DNA from: Gemmatimonadota bacterium
GTDB lineage: Bacteria > Latescibacterota > UBA2968 > UBA8231
DNA: 64,000 nucleotides
Direction of reading: 5' to 3'
NCBI GenBank assembly: GCA_038153405.1
Contig: JAYOYH010000001.1
Location: 32,156 to 96,155, forward strand
A model generated the notes under the pieces. The model saw nothing but the letters and a program-made list of their open reading frames with translations. It was not told where the DNA came from and did not search any database. This document shows, piece after piece, positions 18,791-30,553 of this stretch (positions are counted from its first letter, which is position 1; every line of letters begins with the position of its first letter). Position numbers and translations under genes: made by a program.

Positions 18791-19399
18791 ATGGCGGGAT
18801 ATCCCATTGCGGCAGGTGTGGCAGAAATTGAATTATTCTTCAAGAACTCGCGCTTTATCGGCACGGCTGGTCCGGCGGCAAACGTGGATGAGGCCAAGGC
18901 CTTTATCGCCGCGGTGCGGGGGCGTTTTGCCGATGCTTCGCACCACTGTTACGCCTTTGCCGCTGGCTATGGGGCCACGGTGACGCACGGAATGAGCGAC
19001 GATGGCGAGCCCTCGGGGACGGCGGGGCGGCCCATGTTAGCCGTTGTCCAGGGGGCTGATATCGGCGATGTGGTCGTCGTCGCTACGCGCTATTTTGGCG
19101 GCACTAAACTGGGAACTGGCGGTCTGGTTCGCGCCTACACCGAAACGGCTCAAGCGGCGCTGGCCGCGCTGCCCGTCGAGGTGAAAGTAGAGACGGCGCT
19201 GCTGCGCATTGACCTGAGCTACGACAGCTATGCGCCCTGCCGCAAGCGCATTGAGGAAATGGGAGCTAGCGTAGAACAGGAGGAGTTCGCCGCTTCGGTG
19301 GTGCTGCAGGTGCGCGCCGAGGTCGAAGCGGTCGACCCGCTGCGCAGCGCACTCGGGGATATGACAGCGGGCCGCGCGCTTTTCGACGTATTGGATTAG
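18791..19399 (+). CDS. yigZ: YigZ/IMPACT family protein
   Basis: KNSRFI, ASHHCYAF, SDDGEPSGTAGRP, RYFGGTKLGTGGLVRAY. Confidence 0.93.
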   Translation: MAGYPIAAGVAEIELFFKNSRFIGTAGPAANVDEAKAFIAAVRGRFADASHHCYAFAAGYGATVTHGMSDDGEPSGTAGRPMLAVVQGADIGDVVVVATRYFGGTKLGTGGLVRAYTETAQAALAALPVEVKVETALLRIDLSYDSYAPCRKRIEEMGASVEQEEFAASVVLQVRAEVEAVDPLRSALGDMTAGRALFDVLD

Positions 19400-19421
19400 G
19401 CGGCGATCGTTCTCTGGATGC

Positions 19422-21971
19422 CTATTTTGCCCAGCGGATAAGGCCCATTTCCAACGGGTCGCGCAAATCCGGATGATAGGGCAGGACGCGCAGCGTGTAG
19501 CCGTGCGATCCGGCTTCTGTACAGGTAAAAATGCCTTCGAATACATGCTTGCCATCGCTGCTGGCGCTCGGTTTCAAAGGATGGGCCTGTGCACCGACGA
19601 ATTCCTGCTGCGCATTGAGCCGTCCCGCGTAGAGTTCGACGTGCACGTCGCTGGGGGATAGGTCGCCCAGGGTCAGTGAGGCGCTGATTGGCACCTGCAT
19701 GCCGACCTTGAGCGGGTTGGGGAAAACGCTCTCAACGTTGAGGATGTGCACTTGAGGCCACTTGGAGCGAACGTGCGATTTCCAGTGGGTTAACTCCTCG
19801 ATGCGGGCTTTGTGACCGTGGAACAGTTGCCAGCGCGCGTGGGTTGGTATGTACATGCGCTCGGCGTATTCGCGCACCATGCGCTGGGTATTGAAATACG
19901 GCGCTAATGTGGAAATGGTCTCCTTCATGCGCGCAATCCAAGAGCGCGGCAGGCCCCGTTCGTCTCGCTGGTAAAAGAGCGGAATGACTTCCGTTTCGAG
20001 CAGGTCGTACAGCGCATTGGATTCGACTTCGTCTTGGTAGGCCTCGTCCTCGTAGTCTTCGTCTATACCAATCGTCCAGCCCGAATGCATTTCGCAGGCT
20101 TCGTCCCACCAGCCGTCGAGCACGCTGACGTTAAGCACGCCGTTCAGCGCGGCTTTCATGCCGGACGTGCCGCTGGCTTCCATCGGGCGGCGCGGGGTGT
20201 TCAGCCAAACGTCACAACCCTGCACGAGGTAGCGCGCCACGTTCATATCGTAGTCTTGCAAAAAGAACACGCGGCCGTTAAAGGGCTCTTGCCGCGCTAA
20301 GTGGACAATGTCGCGAATGAGCTCCTTGCCCTGCGTGTCCTGTGGATGGGCCTTGCCGGAGAAAAAGATTTGCAGCGGTCGATCTCCGTCGGCAAAGAGC
20401 GCGGCCAGTCGCTCTATATTGCGGAAGAGCAGAGTGCCGCGCTTGTAGGTGGCAAAGCGGCGCGCAAAGCCAATGGTGAGGGCATGGGGATTGAGCTGGT
20501 CGAGGCGCTCCACTATCTTGGCCGGCGCTGAGCCCTGGCGGCTATACTGGCTGTGCAGGTGAAAGCGGGCAAAATTAATCAGGCGCTGACAGCCGTGTTG
20601 GTGGGTATTCCACAACTCGTCGTCGGGGATGTCGAGCACGCGACGCCACACCTCCGGTTTTTGCTGGTCGTTGCGCCAGTTGTTGCCCAGATAGTTGTCA
20701 AACAGGTCGGCCATGTCCCGCGAAGTCCACGTCGGCATGTGCACGCCGTTGGTTATCGAGCAGATAGGCACTTCGGCGGGGGCGAAGTCGGGCCACATGC
20801 CCTTCCACATTTGACGGCTGACTCTGCCGTGCAATCGACTCACGCCATTGGCCTGGGCCGACAGGCGCAGGGCCAGAACAGTCATGCAGAAGTCGGATTG
20901 GTGGTCGTTGGGGTCGAGGCGGCCCAACCCGAGAAATTCTTCGCGCGAGAGGCCCAGTTCTTTGCGCAGGTGGTGCAGGTGCGACTCGACGAGATCGGCG
21001 CTAAACCAATCGTTGCCCGCGGCCACCGGGGTATGGGTCGTAAAGATATTGCCCACAGCGCTGGCTTCGCGCGCGGCGGCAAACGATAGGTTTTCCTCGT
21101 GCATGAGGCGACGAATGCGTTCCAGTGCTAGGAAGGCCGAGTGGCCCTCGTTCATGTGACAGACCGAAGGCTGGATCCCGATGGCCCACAGCGCCTGCAG
21201 TCCGCCGATGCCGAGAAAAATTTCCTGGCGAATACGCATCGATGTATCGCCTCCGTATAGGCGCGCCGTGATATCGCGATCGGCTGGGCTGTTATCCGGC
21301 ACGTTGGCATCGAGTAGATACAGGGGGACGCGGCCGACCTGCGCTTTCCACAGGCGCGCGCGCACGGTGCCGTGGGCGAAGGGGATGTCGATCTGGAGCG
21401 GAGCGTTGTCCTCGCCGTAGATCGGTTCTACTGGCATTTGATAAAAGTCATTTTCCGGATAGCGCTCCATCTGCCAGCCATCGGCGTTGAGCGCTTGGCG
21501 AAAGTAGCCCTCGCGGTAGAGCAGGCCAATGCCCACCAGCGGCAGGCCGAGGTCGCTAGCTGCCTTTAGGTGGTCGCCGGCCAGCACGCCGAGCCCGCCC
21601 GAATAGATGCGTAGGCCTTCGCTGAGACCGAATTCGGCGGAAAAGTAGGCCACCTGCATGGCACTGTCGCCGTGTTCTTCGGCAAACCAGGTGCGAGCAT
21701 TTAGGTACTGCTCGTACTCTTCGAGCACGCGGCCAATGTCGCCGCTGGTCGCCTCGTCTTCGAGGAGGGTGCCCAACTGCTCGTTGGTCAGGCTAGACAG
21801 AAAACTCCGCGGGTCGCGGCCGCTGGCTATCCAGGTATCGGGATCTATCTGCTGCAGGGCACGGATCGTGTGTGAGCTCCAAGTCCACCACAAGTTGTGG
21901 GCAATATCCCAGAGTGGGGAAATTGGTTCGGGAAGGGATGGCAGAATATTGAGCCGATGTATCGGTTTCAT
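19422..21971 (-). CDS. glgP: Alpha-glucan (glycogen) phosphorylase
   Basis: AYFSAEFG, YSGGLGVLAGD, HMNEGH, FTTHTPV, FARRFATYKR, EASGTSGMKA. Confidence 0.97.
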   Translation of the reverse strand: MKPIHRLNILPSLPEPISPLWDIAHNLWWTWSSHTIRALQQIDPDTWIASGRDPRSFLSSLTNEQLGTLLEDEATSGDIGRVLEEYEQYLNARTWFAEEHGDSAMQVAYFSAEFGLSEGLRIYSGGLGVLAGDHLKAASDLGLPLVGIGLLYREGYFRQALNADGWQMERYPENDFYQMPVEPIYGEDNAPLQIDIPFAHGTVRARLWKAQVGRVPLYLLDANVPDNSPADRDITARLYGGDTSMRIRQEIFLGIGGLQALWAIGIQPSVCHMNEGHSAFLALERIRRLMHEENLSFAAAREASAVGNIFTTHTPVAAGNDWFSADLVESHLHHLRKELGLSREEFLGLGRLDPNDHQSDFCMTVLALRLSAQANGVSRLHGRVSRQMWKGMWPDFAPAEVPICSITNGVHMPTWTSRDMADLFDNYLGNNWRNDQQKPEVWRRVLDIPDDELWNTHQHGCQRLINFARFHLHSQYSRQGSAPAKIVERLDQLNPHALTIGFARRFATYKRGTLLFRNIERLAALFADGDRPLQIFFSGKAHPQDTQGKELIRDIVHLARQEPFNGRVFFLQDYDMNVARYLVQGCDVWLNTPRRPMEASGTSGMKAALNGVLNVSVLDGWWDEACEMHSGWTIGIDEDYEDEAYQDEVESNALYDLLETEVIPLFYQRDERGLPRSWIARMKETISTLAPYFNTQRMVREYAERMYIPTHARWQLFHGHKARIEELTHWKSHVRSKWPQVHILNVESVFPNPLKVGMQVPISASLTLGDLSPSDVHVELYAGRLNAQQEFVGAQAHPLKPSASSDGKHVFEGIFTCTEAGSHGYTLRVLPYHPDLRDPLEMGLIRWAK

Positions 21972-22067
21972 CCAGTTCCTCTGTGCAGGGCGTTTGGGGC
22001 TGTAGGCGGGGGCGAAAGACGCAGTATAAGAACCTTCTCGACGGCGGTTTTGTCAAGGTGGCAAAAT

Positions 22068-22095
22068 TTGCGAAAAGTTTAACAAATACTATACT
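22068..22095 (+). promoter_or_regulatory. Possible sigma70 promoter for the 22132 gene
   Basis: TTGCGA-N16-TATACT in an AT-rich divergent intergenic region. Confidence 0.45.
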
Positions 22096-22131
22096 TAGCG
22101 CAGTTTTCATAGCGATAAATACGGAGGATTT

Positions 22132-23142
22132 ATGGGTGCGAAAGCGGAAGTGATTATCAGCGGATTTGCCGATGAAGGACCGGTCGATAAGAAGGCCGAA
22201 TCGCAGTTGACCATGCTGGCGGCCCTGGGCATGGGCTACTACAGCGTGCGCTTTGTCGACGTGGGGGGAGGAGTGAAAAATGCCATGCAGCTCAGTCGGA
22301 GCGAAGTGCGGCACCTGCGCGCGCTGCACGCGGCGTTTGGCGTGCGGGTCTCCTCGCTGGGCTCGCCCATTGGCAAAGTCAAGCTGCTCGATGTGGAAGA
22401 CGGCTCCAACAATGCCTTCGTGCCTTTTGCCCGCTATATAAAAAACGACGTGCGGCGCGCGGTAGATTTAGCCGGAGCACTGGAAACGCGCCTGATTCGC
22501 GGGTTCTCGTTCTACCACCCGCGCGGAACGGCGCCCGAGCTGTACGTCGAGCAGGCCGCCGAGCGCCTGCACGCCATCTGCGAAGAATGCCAGCGGGGGG
22601 ATGTGTACTTTGGCCTGGAAGTCGAGGCAAACCTCATAGGCCAGAACGGACATTTGCTGCGCACACTGCACAATATGGTCAATCACCCACGCCTCTATCT
22701 GATCTTTGACGGCGGCAATTTGGCCAGCCAGAATTTGACGGCGGTGGAGACGGTGGGCGAGTACCGTGCCATGAGGGCGGGCATCGGTTGGATGCACATC
22801 AAGGATTATAAAATCGATCCCAAACTCAAGTGGCAGGGGCACGTCGACGAGGAGCGCCTGAAAAACTTCGTGCCGGCCGACGAGGGCGACTCGGGGCACG
22901 AGGAAATCCTGCGCGATTTCAAGAAGCGCATCCCGGCGCTAGGGCGCAAGCTGAAGAAAGCGGGTATTCCGGGTGTTTTCTTGGACCTCGAACCCCACTT
23001 AAAAGGGGGCGGGCAGTTTGGCGGGATTAGCGGAGTCGATGGGTTTGGCGTTGCCCTGCGCGCGCTGCTCAACTTACTCGACTACGTCGGCATAGGCTAT
23101 GCGCTAACCGATTACGCCGACATCGCTGCGCAGAAAAGCTAG
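22132..23142 (+). CDS. Sugar phosphate isomerase/epimerase (xylose isomerase-like TIM barrel)
   Basis: SGFADE, GSPIGK, IRGFSFY, FDGGN, HIKD, LEPHL. Confidence 0.88.
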   Translation: MGAKAEVIISGFADEGPVDKKAESQLTMLAALGMGYYSVRFVDVGGGVKNAMQLSRSEVRHLRALHAAFGVRVSSLGSPIGKVKLLDVEDGSNNAFVPFARYIKNDVRRAVDLAGALETRLIRGFSFYHPRGTAPELYVEQAAERLHAICEECQRGDVYFGLEVEANLIGQNGHLLRTLHNMVNHPRLYLIFDGGNLASQNLTAVETVGEYRAMRAGIGWMHIKDYKIDPKLKWQGHVDEERLKNFVPADEGDSGHEEILRDFKKRIPALGRKLKKAGIPGVFLDLEPHLKGGGQFGGISGVDGFGVALRALLNLLDYVGIGYALTDYADIAAQKS

Positions 23143-23172
23143 GTTGCGTCCTGAGTCGGTGCCCATATCGCA

Positions 23173-23214
23173 CGCGCGGCGCGGCGCCAACAGGAGTGGC
23201 TGCCGCGCCGCGCG
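23173..23214. terminator. GC-rich hairpin between convergent genes (probable terminator)
   Basis: Perfect 13-bp stem CGCGCGGCGCGGC/GCCGCGCCGCGCG plus an inner GCCA/TGGC stem. Confidence 0.6.
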
Positions 23215-23229
23215 GAAAATTATACCCCG

Positions 23230-24465
23230 CTACAAACCCTGCGCGGACAGCTCGGCGTGCCGCTTGTCAAACGCGGCGCTGCTGCGCTCTTCGATGACTT
23301 CTAAATCGACGCCGCGCACAAAGCCTGGAATGTTGCCGGCATAAAATTCGCGCTGGTAGTGTGCCTCGTCGGTAAATTCCCAAACCCGCTTTTGCCGTCC
23401 TACGCCCGGCCAGGTGATTCGCAGAATGCGTTTGTTCTGGCGGTAGCGCTGTTTGGGCGTGGACTCACCTTCGTCGACGCGGTACTTTTCGATGGCCTTT
23501 TCATCGACGTCGACGCCGAGGCCGGGTGCATTGGGCACTGCCATGTAGCCGTCGACTACGTCGAGGCGCTTTTTCAGCAGCGTGCTCTGCCACAGCTCCC
23601 AGCAGGTGATATAGGGCAACTGGGCGTGCGATAGCACCGAGCCAAGATGGGCGGCATAGGCGGTGGTGATCCCCGTGCCGACTAGCTGTAGCCAGAAGGG
23701 TTTGTTCTGGTTGGCTGCCAGCGCGCCGTGGTAGAGTGTGGCGCTGGTGCCGCTGCCGATGACAAAGCCGTCGCTGCAGTCGTTGCGCAAGTACTGTTCT
23801 TGGAAGTGCTCGACGATGGGTTTGCGCACGCGCTCGCGCAGGATGCGCGCGCCGTCGACGTCGCGGTGCAGGTAGAAGGGACTTTCGTAGATGCCGACGT
23901 TGGGGTTTTCATCGAGCTGCTGCAGAATGATTTCGGCCTTTGCCTGATTGAGTAGAAATCCATTGAAATCGACGTCGAATTGGTAGTCGGCGGGAACGAC
24001 TTTGGCGACGGCGTCGGTCTGCGCGATGATGTCGCGCCAGGGGCGGGCCTTCATTTTGAACGTCGTATAGCCGCGCTTAATGGATTCTTTGGCCTCGGCG
24101 GCCCAGTCGGCGGCCGGCATATCGATATCCCACCACGAGATTGGACAGCGCTGGCGCACCTGCTGGCCGAGTAGGGCATGTACGGGCACGTCGTTGGCCT
24201 TGCCCACTAGGTCGAGACAGGCTAATTGCGGGCCAAAGCCAATGCCGTCGCGCATCATAATGGCCGCTGGGTTTTGACCTATGAGCGCATCGACATCGGA
24301 TGCACCACTGGTCGAGTCGCCCCAACCGACCAGCCCGCAATCGGTCTCTAGTCGGTAGACGAGGACGCGCTCGTCATGGGTTTGGGCGCGGTGCATGGCG
24401 CGCGTGACGCGGGCGGCGTAAAAGGGAATGTTGAGCGCGATGCGCTCTGCGCGTATAATCTTCAT
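23230..24465 (-). CDS. Mandelate racemase/muconate lactonizing enzyme family (enolase superfamily)
   Basis: LETDCGLVGWG, DLVGK..DVPVH.LLG, FKMK, VDFN, YESP, PGLGVDVDE. Confidence 0.9.
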   Translation of the reverse strand: MKIIRAERIALNIPFYAARVTRAMHRAQTHDERVLVYRLETDCGLVGWGDSTSGASDVDALIGQNPAAIMMRDGIGFGPQLACLDLVGKANDVPVHALLGQQVRQRCPISWWDIDMPAADWAAEAKESIKRGYTTFKMKARPWRDIIAQTDAVAKVVPADYQFDVDFNGFLLNQAKAEIILQQLDENPNVGIYESPFYLHRDVDGARILRERVRKPIVEHFQEQYLRNDCSDGFVIGSGTSATLYHGALAANQNKPFWLQLVGTGITTAYAAHLGSVLSHAQLPYITCWELWQSTLLKKRLDVVDGYMAVPNAPGLGVDVDEKAIEKYRVDEGESTPKQRYRQNKRILRITWPGVGRQKRVWEFTDEAHYQREFYAGNIPGFVRGVDLEVIEERSSAAFDKRHAELSAQGL

Positions 24466-24544
24466 GGAATCACCTCCAACGGGGCGTGAGGGGGGTCAAA
24501 TGAGCAATCGACACACAATCTAACGAAGTTGCAAAGGGGGCGAA

Positions 24545-26041
24545 ATGAGCCAGGCGTACGAAATATTCTTGGGGAGGATACAGGAACTAGCCGATTTGGG
24601 CCACGCGCAGTCGTTGCTCAGCTGGGATCAGGAGACCTATATGCCTCCCAAAGGCACGCCGCTGCGCGCCCGCGCACAGGGGACGTTGGCCGGGTTGGCA
24701 CACGAGCGTCTGACCGACGAGGTGTTGGTTGGTCTGGTACGCGATCTGCAGGATAGCGACTTAGAAGGTGACGCGGCGGTCAACGTGCGCGAGACGGCGC
24801 GCGAACAAGCGCGCGCCCTGAAGATTCCCGGTGCCTTGGTCGTAGAAATGACGCAGACGGCCTCGCTGGCGCACGAAGCGTGGGTAGAGGCGCGGGAGAA
24901 GGCCAATTTTTCGATCTTCCAGCCGTGGCTAGAGAAAATCCTCGACCAGAAGCGCCAGGTCGCCGATTTGGTTGGCTACGAAGGCTCGATATACAATGCG
25001 CTGTTGGACGAGTACGAGCCCTATGCCAAGACCGAGGAGATTGCCGCGCTCTTTGCCGATCTGCGCACCCAACTCGTACCGCTGGTCGAGGCCATAGCGG
25101 CCACCGCAAAGCGTCCGGCCGATGGGCTGCTAACGCGCCAATTCGACGTGGCGGTGCAGGAGCAATTCGGTCGCCGGGTGATTGCCGATATGGGCTTTGA
25201 TATGGAGGCGGGCCGGCTAGATGTGGCGGTGCACCCATTTTGCTCGGGCACCTCGCGCGACGACGTGCGCTTGACGACGCGCTACGCGGCCGACTGGTTG
25301 CCCGGTTCGCTGTTTGGATCCATTCACGAGGCTGGACACGGGCTCTACGAGCAGGGCCTGCCGGAGCATGCCAAAGGCGTGCCGGCCGGTCAGAGCGTAT
25401 CCTTAGGCATCCACGAGTCGCAGTCGCGCATGTGGGAAAATATGGTTGGGCGCAGCCGTCCGTTCTGGCAGCACTACTTTCCGCTGCTGCAGGCGGCGTT
25501 TCCCGGAGTGATCGACGACGTGGATACCGATCGATTCTACGCGGCGATCAACCAGGTCGAGCCGTCTTGCATCCGCGTGGAAGCGGACGAGGTAACCTAC
25601 AATTTGCACATCGCGCTGCGCTTTGAAATCGAGGTGGCGTTGGTCGAAGGTCGCCTTGAGGTCGGAGAACTACCCGACGTGTGGAATGCGAAGATGCAGG
25701 AGTACTTGGGGATAACGCCGTCCGACGATGCGCAGGGCGTGCTGCAGGACGTGCACTGGTCCTTTGGCGGCATCGGTTACTTCTCGACCTATTCGCTGGG
25801 CAACCTCTACGCGGCGCAGTTTTTTCACAGGGCGCAGCAGGACGTGCCCGATCTGATGGACCAGATTGGCGCCGGCCAGCTATTGGGCCTGAAGGGATGG
25901 CTCAACGAGAATGTGCACGCATGCGGGGCGCGCCTGACGGCGGCCGAACTCGTGCAGCAGGTGACGAACGCACCGCTCTCAGCGCAGTACTTTATCGACT
26001 ATCTGCGCGCGAAATTCGCGCCCCTTTACGATCTGGACTAG
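24545..26041 (+). CDS. Carboxypeptidase M32 (Taq-type)
   Basis: WDQETYMP, HPF, IHEAGHGLYEQG, HESQSR, IRVEADE, QDVHW, GYF.TY.LG. Confidence 0.95.
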   Translation: MSQAYEIFLGRIQELADLGHAQSLLSWDQETYMPPKGTPLRARAQGTLAGLAHERLTDEVLVGLVRDLQDSDLEGDAAVNVRETAREQARALKIPGALVVEMTQTASLAHEAWVEAREKANFSIFQPWLEKILDQKRQVADLVGYEGSIYNALLDEYEPYAKTEEIAALFADLRTQLVPLVEAIAATAKRPADGLLTRQFDVAVQEQFGRRVIADMGFDMEAGRLDVAVHPFCSGTSRDDVRLTTRYAADWLPGSLFGSIHEAGHGLYEQGLPEHAKGVPAGQSVSLGIHESQSRMWENMVGRSRPFWQHYFPLLQAAFPGVIDDVDTDRFYAAINQVEPSCIRVEADEVTYNLHIALRFEIEVALVEGRLEVGELPDVWNAKMQEYLGITPSDDAQGVLQDVHWSFGGIGYFSTYSLGNLYAAQFFHRAQQDVPDLMDQIGAGQLLGLKGWLNENVHACGARLTAAELVQQVTNAPLSAQYFIDYLRAKFAPLYDLD

Positions 26042-27072
26042 CCGGCGACGGCGCGGAAGACGCGCAGCCAGTTGAGCCCCAAGAACTTCTCCAACGAAGC
26101 CTCGTCGTAGCCGCGCGCGGCCAGGCCGGCGGTGATCTCGGGCAGCACGGTGGCGTCCTTTACCAGGTCGCCGCCGCCGTCAAAATCCGAACCGAGTCCC
26201 ACGTGGTCGATGCCGGCAACGGCGATGGCGTGTTCGATGTGGTCGAGGAGCTTTTCTAATGTAGCCTCGCTGTCGGCGACAAAGAACGGCACAAAGGTAA
26301 TGCCCACGACACCGCCCTTTTCGGCCAGGGCTTGGAGCTGCTCGTCGCGCAGGTTGCGCGGGTGGTCGCACAGCGCACGGCAGCAGTTGTGCGTGCCGAT
26401 TATGGGGTGCTGGCTGTGCTCGATGGTATCCCAAAAGCCGCGCTCGTTGATGTGCGATATATCGACGAGTATGCCCAACGCGTTCATTTGCTCAACCAAT
26501 AGCCTGCCAAAATCGGTCAATCCCCCGCCGCCCTCCACTTCGCAGCCATCGGCGGCAAAGGAGCGCGTGCTGTGTGTCAGCGTTACGCTGCGCACGCCGA
26601 TTTGCTGCAGGAGGGGCAGCACGTAGGGGCTCTTCTCCAGCGCATCGCTGTTTTCAATGGTCAGCACAGCTGCGCGTTTTCCCGCTCCTTTTGCCGCGAG
26701 GATATCGTCGGCGCTGCGCGCGAGGATGATATCGCTGCTAAACGCCTCCAATTCGCCCATGAAATAGCCCAGCGCATCTAGGCCGTAGAGCAGATGGTTG
26801 CCCCAGGGACGCGTGCAGTCGACGGCGAAAAAGGCGGCATCCAAACCGCCTGTCCGCATTCGGGGCAGGTCGAGCTGAATCGTCTCGTCGCCCAGCGGCG
26901 TTTGATACTGTCGCAAATAGGCAACCGCGCCGGAGCGCTGGCGCCAGTCGGCCGGTTGGGTGCCGTCCAGCCGCAGGTTGCCGCGGCGGATAAGGGCGAC
27001 GATGCTGTCGTTGTGCCCGTCGATAACGAGTGCGCGTTCGTGCAGAGCCGTATCCACGTCACATTTCCTCAT
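26038..27072 (-). CDS. Membrane dipeptidase (peptidase M19)
   Basis: IDGHND, TIEN, VDISH, HPRNL.D, DHIEH, GLGSDFDG, LGLNWLRV. Confidence 0.93.
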   Translation of the reverse strand: MRKCDVDTALHERALVIDGHNDSIVALIRRGNLRLDGTQPADWRQRSGAVAYLRQYQTPLGDETIQLDLPRMRTGGLDAAFFAVDCTRPWGNHLLYGLDALGYFMGELEAFSSDIILARSADDILAAKGAGKRAAVLTIENSDALEKSPYVLPLLQQIGVRSVTLTHSTRSFAADGCEVEGGGGLTDFGRLLVEQMNALGILVDISHINERGFWDTIEHSQHPIIGTHNCCRALCDHPRNLRDEQLQALAEKGGVVGITFVPFFVADSEATLEKLLDHIEHAIAVAGIDHVGLGSDFDGGGDLVKDATVLPEITAGLAARGYDEASLEKFLGLNWLRVFRAVAG

Positions 27073-29976
27073 AGGTATCGCGAAACAGGGTCATCGATTC
27101 GACCTCAAGATCGAGCGGGCCGTCGTAGCGCAGTAGAAATCGCATATCCTGCTCATGCGGTTGGTAGAAGGAGAGTTCAAACACTCCATCGCCCAGCGGC
27201 CATGTAGCCTGCCAGGGGGGATAAATTCCTTCGGCCAGGGGGCGGTAGTAGCCAGGGTTGGCCACTGTGGGGAACTCGGTGCGATCTTGGGTAAACCATG
27301 TATAGACCAATGCCTGCATCAGATCTTTTGAAGTAGAAATGGGATAGGCAGCTAAGAGGACAGGGGGAGAGTTGCGCTGAAAAAGGGTGTGGAAAATAGG
27401 GCCGCTTATTCGATAGCGAATGCGATAGTATCCTCGAGGAAGCTTGGGATAGCTGTGGTCCAATGCGTATTTCCCTGTGCCCTTTTCCAATCGCTCGTCG
27501 ATATGACTGATTTCCTCGCTTTGCTTAGGCTGGTGCCGCAGCGGAATAACTTGCGCGTTGATTTGTCCTATGTGCAGCGAGCCGCTGCCCGAATATTCCA
27601 AGTACAATTTGGAAACAGCCGGCTCGTCTACGTGCAGGAAGATTGGGTTGGGAGGTTCTCTGTTGCTGCCTAAGGGGTAGCTAATTCGCTGCTCATAAGG
27701 CGAAACAGCAACCACAGTGTTTCGCTTGGTGATGACGAGATGCCCGCTAATTTGGTCAGAGCTTCCTCCAGCTTGTAGGTCGGGGAAAGACAGTTGATAC
27801 AGGCCGGGATAGAGGAACCTTAAAACAGGCATAAACATGACAGATGCATTTATGAAGGTTGCAGGCGTCACATCGGACAAAGCGCTGATGGCTCCTAGCG
27901 GATCTTGCCGACCTACTCCTGTGTGCCTCAATGGGATAGAGTATTCCATCGAATTGGGCTCGTCTACTGGATAGCCCGGGCGCATGCGCGTCATATAAGG
28001 GGATACGGCGTGCTGTGAGAGGCGTGTCGCCGCCGTTGCCGTATTGCCCCATAGAGTGGGCAGTATGGCAACGGCCATACCTACCATCCAGCGCCAGTGG
28101 GGGGGAGCCTGTGCAAAGTGGACTAGCCACGCATAGAGGGCAGCGGCCAGCAGCAGCCAGAATGACCAATCAAAGAGCGGAGTCGCCGTTTGCTCTTGAG
28201 GGAAAAAGTGCAGGGAGAAGGGGTAGAAGTCGTTGAGCGTGCGTCCGAGAAGATCGCGGCCGGCGTAGCCGCCTTCGGTGAGGTTCGCCGTTTGCACCAC
28301 GCTTTCAATGCTGGCGGCTAGCGCCAACGCCGCTAAAAAAGCGCCCAGAGGTTGGCGCAGCACAATCGGTAGGGCAACGGCCAATCCGTAGACCAGTGTC
28401 GGCAGCGCCGTCAGCAGAAAGCGCGCTGGATAGCAGAAGCCAAAGCCCCAATCGGGATGCAGGCCATTGGTCGCTGCAGTGGCGCCATAGAGTCCGATAA
28501 CGACGAGAATGCGGCGGTCGCGAGTCCGAGCGAGAACGGCCCAGCCGAGCAGGGCAAAGAAAAAAATGGGGGATGCATTGAGCAGGCCCTTGCCCATGTT
28601 CAGCCAGTGTCCTGGTAGGGATGTGGGCCAAGTCGCCACATCGAGCGCGCCCTCTTCCCAGGCGTTGCCGGGGCGAAAGGGGCCCATCCAATCGCCGCTG
28701 AAGGCGAAGTGGAACGATATCAAGGCGTAGAGGGCCAACAGCACGACGGAGGCAATGGCTACTAGGGCCCAGCGCCGCTGTGGGCTAAACCAGGCCTGGG
28801 CGAGGACGGCAGCGCCGGCCAACAAGCCAATCGGCGCATAGCGGGCATGGAGAAAGGGCAGGCAGGACAGCAGCAACGTCAGTCCGGTCAACGCGGCGGT
28901 TTCGAGGCGTCCCCCCAGGGGCTGGTAGTGGCCGCCGGGGCGCTGCCAGCGGGCGAGCGCGCACAGGGCGATGAGTGCGATAAAGAGGGCGGGAATCTCC
29001 GGGTAGAACTGGTTTGAAAAGAGGAAAAGCGGGCCCGTGCAGGCCGCAATCAGCGTCGCGCTAAGTGCGGCAGTATAGTCGACGTCGAGGCTCCTGAGCC
29101 AGAGAAAGAGCAGCGACGCGCAGCACGAGGTGAGTAGGACCATGAATAGCGCTGCACCGAGGCGCGGATTTTGCCACAGCTCCAAGCCGGCCCAATAGGC
29201 GGGCAATAGGGCGATGGATAGGCCGATGGGGTGGACCGAATGCACTTTTCCCTCCGGTGAACCGGGGGCCTTGTGCACGGCAAACTCGCGCACGTGGAAT
29301 TCGTTGGCCTGCTCCTCGCTGAGGTTATTTGCCAGATCCATATCGCCGTCGTGTAATAGGCTCTGGGTGACGCGCAGATACTGGCCCTCGTCGCCGTGCA
29401 GCATGGTAATCTGACAGAAATACAGAGCGTATAACCCGTAGCACAGCAGGCAAGCACTGCCCAGCGCGATGGCCGTATAGGCACTGCGGGCGTGCTGTGA
29501 GGGCGAAGGGGTGCCGGCGTCCGCGCCTGGTACATTGGCCGCAGGCCAGTGCACATAGGAGAGGATTGCCAGCGCCAGCGCCCAGGTTGCATGAGGAGTC
29601 CACAGCAGCGTTAGAATGGGCAGGAGTGCCGTCAGTGGAGACCACAGTGCGGCTAGGCGCACTAGGCACAGGAATAGGGCAAAGAGCGCCATGCGCTGCA
29701 GGCGCTCTTGCAGATCAGCCGTCCTCGCTGGGCTGCCCCAGCGCAAGCGCAGGTAGTATAGCAGTAGGCTAGCTATACTGATGAGCCACGGTCCCAAAGC
29801 CCAGTCGCCCCGCCAGCCGATTGGGCTAATAACTAGCTTTAATGCTTGGCTGGCCCCGGCCACTTGGACCTCAATGCCCGCAGAGAGAAACCAGGCGCAG
29901 AGAACGCTGCTGGCTAGGCAGAGATCGAGCAGGGGAAGGCGCTGGGGATTGGGCTGGATAAGGGCTGCGATGCGGC

Positions 29977-29980
<4 letters not shown>
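27059..29980 (-). CDS. Large polytopic membrane protein, probable GT-C fold glycosyltransferase-like, with a soluble C-terminal region
   Basis: Many TM segments; GDEGQYL...SLLHDGDMDLANN loop, HPIGLS, FYPE, PARFLL. ATG 29980 overlaps the dcd stop (ATGA). Confidence 0.65.
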
Positions 29981-30522
<542 letters not shown>

Positions 30523-30553
30523 GCGTAGTGCTCGGATGTGGCAGTGGGCGTGT

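Noticed and set aside
22023..22056. Minus-strand TTGACA and TATACT upstream of glgP
   Set aside because: The spacing is 22 nt, too long for a sigma70 promoter, so it was not called.
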